Shown: positions 62,001 through 64,000 of the stretch, one piece after another
Position numbering within the stretch: the first letter of the stretch is position 1
How the letters are laid out: the number at the start of each line of letters is the position of its first letter
Assembly (NCBI GenBank): GCA_010356995.1
Contig: ML996693.1
Span: 62,001 to 126,000, forward strand
DNA: 64,000 bases
Direction of reading: 5' to 3'
Origin: Trichodelitschia bisporula
Lineage: Eukaryota
Position numbers and translations under genes: made by a program
The notes under the pieces: model-generated
Database searches by the model: none
Seen by the model: only the letters and a program-made list of their open reading frames with translations
Told to the model about the DNA's origin: nothing

Positions 62001-63043
62001 TCAGCCTGTTTTGGGTCGCCTACCGCTACCAGACTCTCTACATCAACCAGTTCCGTTTCGACACCGGCGGCCTCCTGTTCCCGACAGCGGTCAACCAGCT
62101 CTTCACTGGCATCTACGTCATGGAGCTCGGCCTCATCGGGCTCTTCCTTCTCGTACGCGACACCAACGGTAACCCCTCATGCTACCCGCAAGCTATCGTC
62201 ATCGTCGTTCTCACCATCGCAACAATGGTCTACCAAATCACCCTCAACGTCACCTTCTCCCCCCTCTACCGCTACATGCCCATAACCCTAGAAGACGACG
62301 CCGTGCGCCGCGACGAGGAATTCGCCCGTGCCCACGGCAACTGGAACAAGCCCCTCGGCGGCGACGGCGTCGAAGATCCAAATGACTCCGACGGCGACAT
62401 CGAGGACGCCCTCGAGCGCCGCGAGCGCAACGAGGAGAGCCAAGAGCGTGTCGCTGAGGAGTCGGAGAAACAGGACATTGCACGCAGGCGCCGCGATCGC
62501 GCGCGCACGGCTTTCACTACGCGTACGAATGCCGTTGCGTCCAAGGTCCTGCCGCAGGGCGCCTGGCCCCGTGTCACGAAGACGTGGGCCGATCGCAGCC
62601 GCAACAAGCACGCGTCTGTCATCGACGGCGCGACGGCGGATGGGCCCGGCCCCTCCGTGCCGCGCGTGCAACATCGCGTCCGCCACGCGGTTACGGAGCG
62701 AGACATCGATCTCGAGGCGGGTGCGGGGGCCAAGGAGACAGGGCGTGCGATCGGTGATGCCCTGTTCGGCACGTTCAGCGACGAGATCTCGGACCTCACG
62801 CCCGAGGAACGTGATCGCCTTATCCAGCGCGCGTTTTTGCACGAAGCGCTCCGGGCACGCCGGCCTGTGGTATGGATTCCGCGGGATGAGCTTGGGGTGA
62901 GCGATGATGAGATTGTTAGGACGCAGAAGTTTAGTGGGAAGATTTGGATTAGTAATGAGTTTACGGGGTTGGATGGGAAGGGGAGGGTTGTGTTCCGACG
63001 GGCGCCGCCGGATTTTTCGGAGGTGGATTTGGTGGATTTGTAG
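59090..63043 (+). CDS. OSCA/TMEM63 (CSC1/DUF221, Rsn1-like) stress-gated cation channel
   Basis: IY^RPKTYL, GLDAYFFLRYL, SAFIQFN, DIIWDNL, YFAFLFVQLF, DTGGLLFP.A, VWIPRDELGVS. Introns 59272-59322 and 61905-61946. Confidence 0.95.
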
Positions 63044-63224
63044 GGTTGCTGGTGTGTTGGTCGTTGGGGGGTGGTTGCATTTGATACCCAGGAGTGCGTT
63101 TGATTGAGGCCTACGACGAGTAAGCCCTTTGGTGGAGTGGAGGCGTAGATGGTATTGTTATTCGGTCATTATTGCTACGGTGCTGTTCCACCTTGCGTGA
63201 TTGTTGGGGAAGGCTGAGTGATGT

Positions 63225-63825
63225 TCAGCCTTGTGTGATCTGAGATACTACGTACGGGGTGTACAACGTACATGGCGTCATGCAGAAAACCTCGGGTCCT
63301 CGACTCCGGCCCGACGAAGGGGAGCAGGAGGGAAATAAGAATTGCCCCATTTTAACCTCGTCCACTTTCCAATGCTGCCTACCCCCATCCCCCTTCCCCA
63401 TAAACGGCACATTCCCCTCCTCAGCAACATCCAAATGCGCCTCCTCCCCATGGTACCAATCACTCAAGCGCACGCTCCCATCGGCCCAGGCATCCAGCCG
63501 CCAAAACTGGTCCTTATAACTGCCCGTTCCCCATAAAACGCAGCTTCTTCTTTTCCGCGCCCTCTCGGAGGAAGCCTAAGGAGTAGTCTTCGCCTAGGGC
63601 GGCGTGGGAGTGGATGCGGAAATAGGGCTCTGCGCCGGTGGCGGTGAAGTAGAGGCGGTTGTGCGGGGAGGGGGGGAGGGAGGGGGAGAGGAAACAGGGC
63701 GAGGCGGTGGTGGGGGAGATGCTGTGGTGTTTGCTTGGGGTGGGGTTTGTGGTGGGCGGTAGGAGGAGGAATTGGAGGTGGTTGAGGGGAGGAGGTGGGG
63801 AAGGGGGCGGGGGATGCTGGTACAA
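63225..63825 (-). pseudogene. Ricin-B-lectin (CBM13-like) gene relic with a frameshift and no evident start codon
   Basis: ...ALGEDYSLGFL...KLRFMG, a frameshift at ~63528, then TGSYKDQFWRLDAWADGSVRLSDWYHGEEAHLDV...PFMGKGDGGRQHWKV with two QxW motifs. Confidence 0.6.
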
Positions 63826-63985
63826 GAGGAAGAGAGGAAGAGAGGAAGAGAGTCAAAGACTATCGAGACTTGAATAAGTGATGCCAAGTATCCCCCTTCG
63901 CTCCTTCCCTCTATCATACGTTAATTACATCATGTCACTCAGTATACGCCTTCCTGATACCAATGCTTCTTCCACGTCCACATCA
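63822..63985 (-). repeat. Dispersed ~200-bp repeat, copy 3 (inverted orientation, 3'-truncated)
   Basis: The reverse complement contains CATGATGTAAT, GGATACTTGGCAT and (CTCTTCCT)n, colinear with copies 1 and 2. Confidence 0.85.
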
Positions 63986-64000
63986 ATGTAACCCCTGGGC

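Overview
Gene-dense, intron-containing fungal DNA. Short GT-AG introns with CTRAC branch sites and the gene content indicate a filamentous ascomycete (Pezizomycotina); the species cannot be determined from the sequence alone. About 22 protein-coding genes are supported. Housekeeping genes: DIS3/RRP44, VMA13, sphingosine kinase, beta-COP, mago nashi, ATP10, GOS1, HSP78, RAD10/ERCC1, MED19/ROX3, GPATCH1-like, KIN1 and an OSCA/TMEM63 channel. Accessory genes: an FMO fused to a DUF6314-like domain, CE1 and CE5 esterases, a Ura1-like flavoprotein ending in SRL, a PTH11-like membrane protein, a CorA-like protein, a DszC/SfnB-like monooxygenase, a small 6-Cys secreted peptide and an orphan membrane protein. 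There are three tRNA genes (Asn-GTT, Arg-ACG, Gly-TCC) and several islands of relic sequence (gag-like, kinase-like and ricin-B-lectin-like fragments, a tandem orphan duplication, a 30-bp minisatellite). The most notable unexplained signals are: (1) a ~200-bp dispersed repeat present three times, each copy upstream of and co-oriented with a carbohydrate-active or carbohydrate-binding gene; (2) recurrent sharp C/A-rich to G/T-rich strand-skew switches every few kb; (3) a probable peroxisomal dihydrouracil oxidase; (4) a cutinase-fold enzyme with a long insertion between its catalytic Asp and His; (5) a probable 3'UTR intron in mago nashi. No CRISPR array, intact transposon or secondary-metabolite backbone gene was seen, and no new biological system is demonstrated; the findings are leads. 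All calls come from reading motifs by eye, without database searches.
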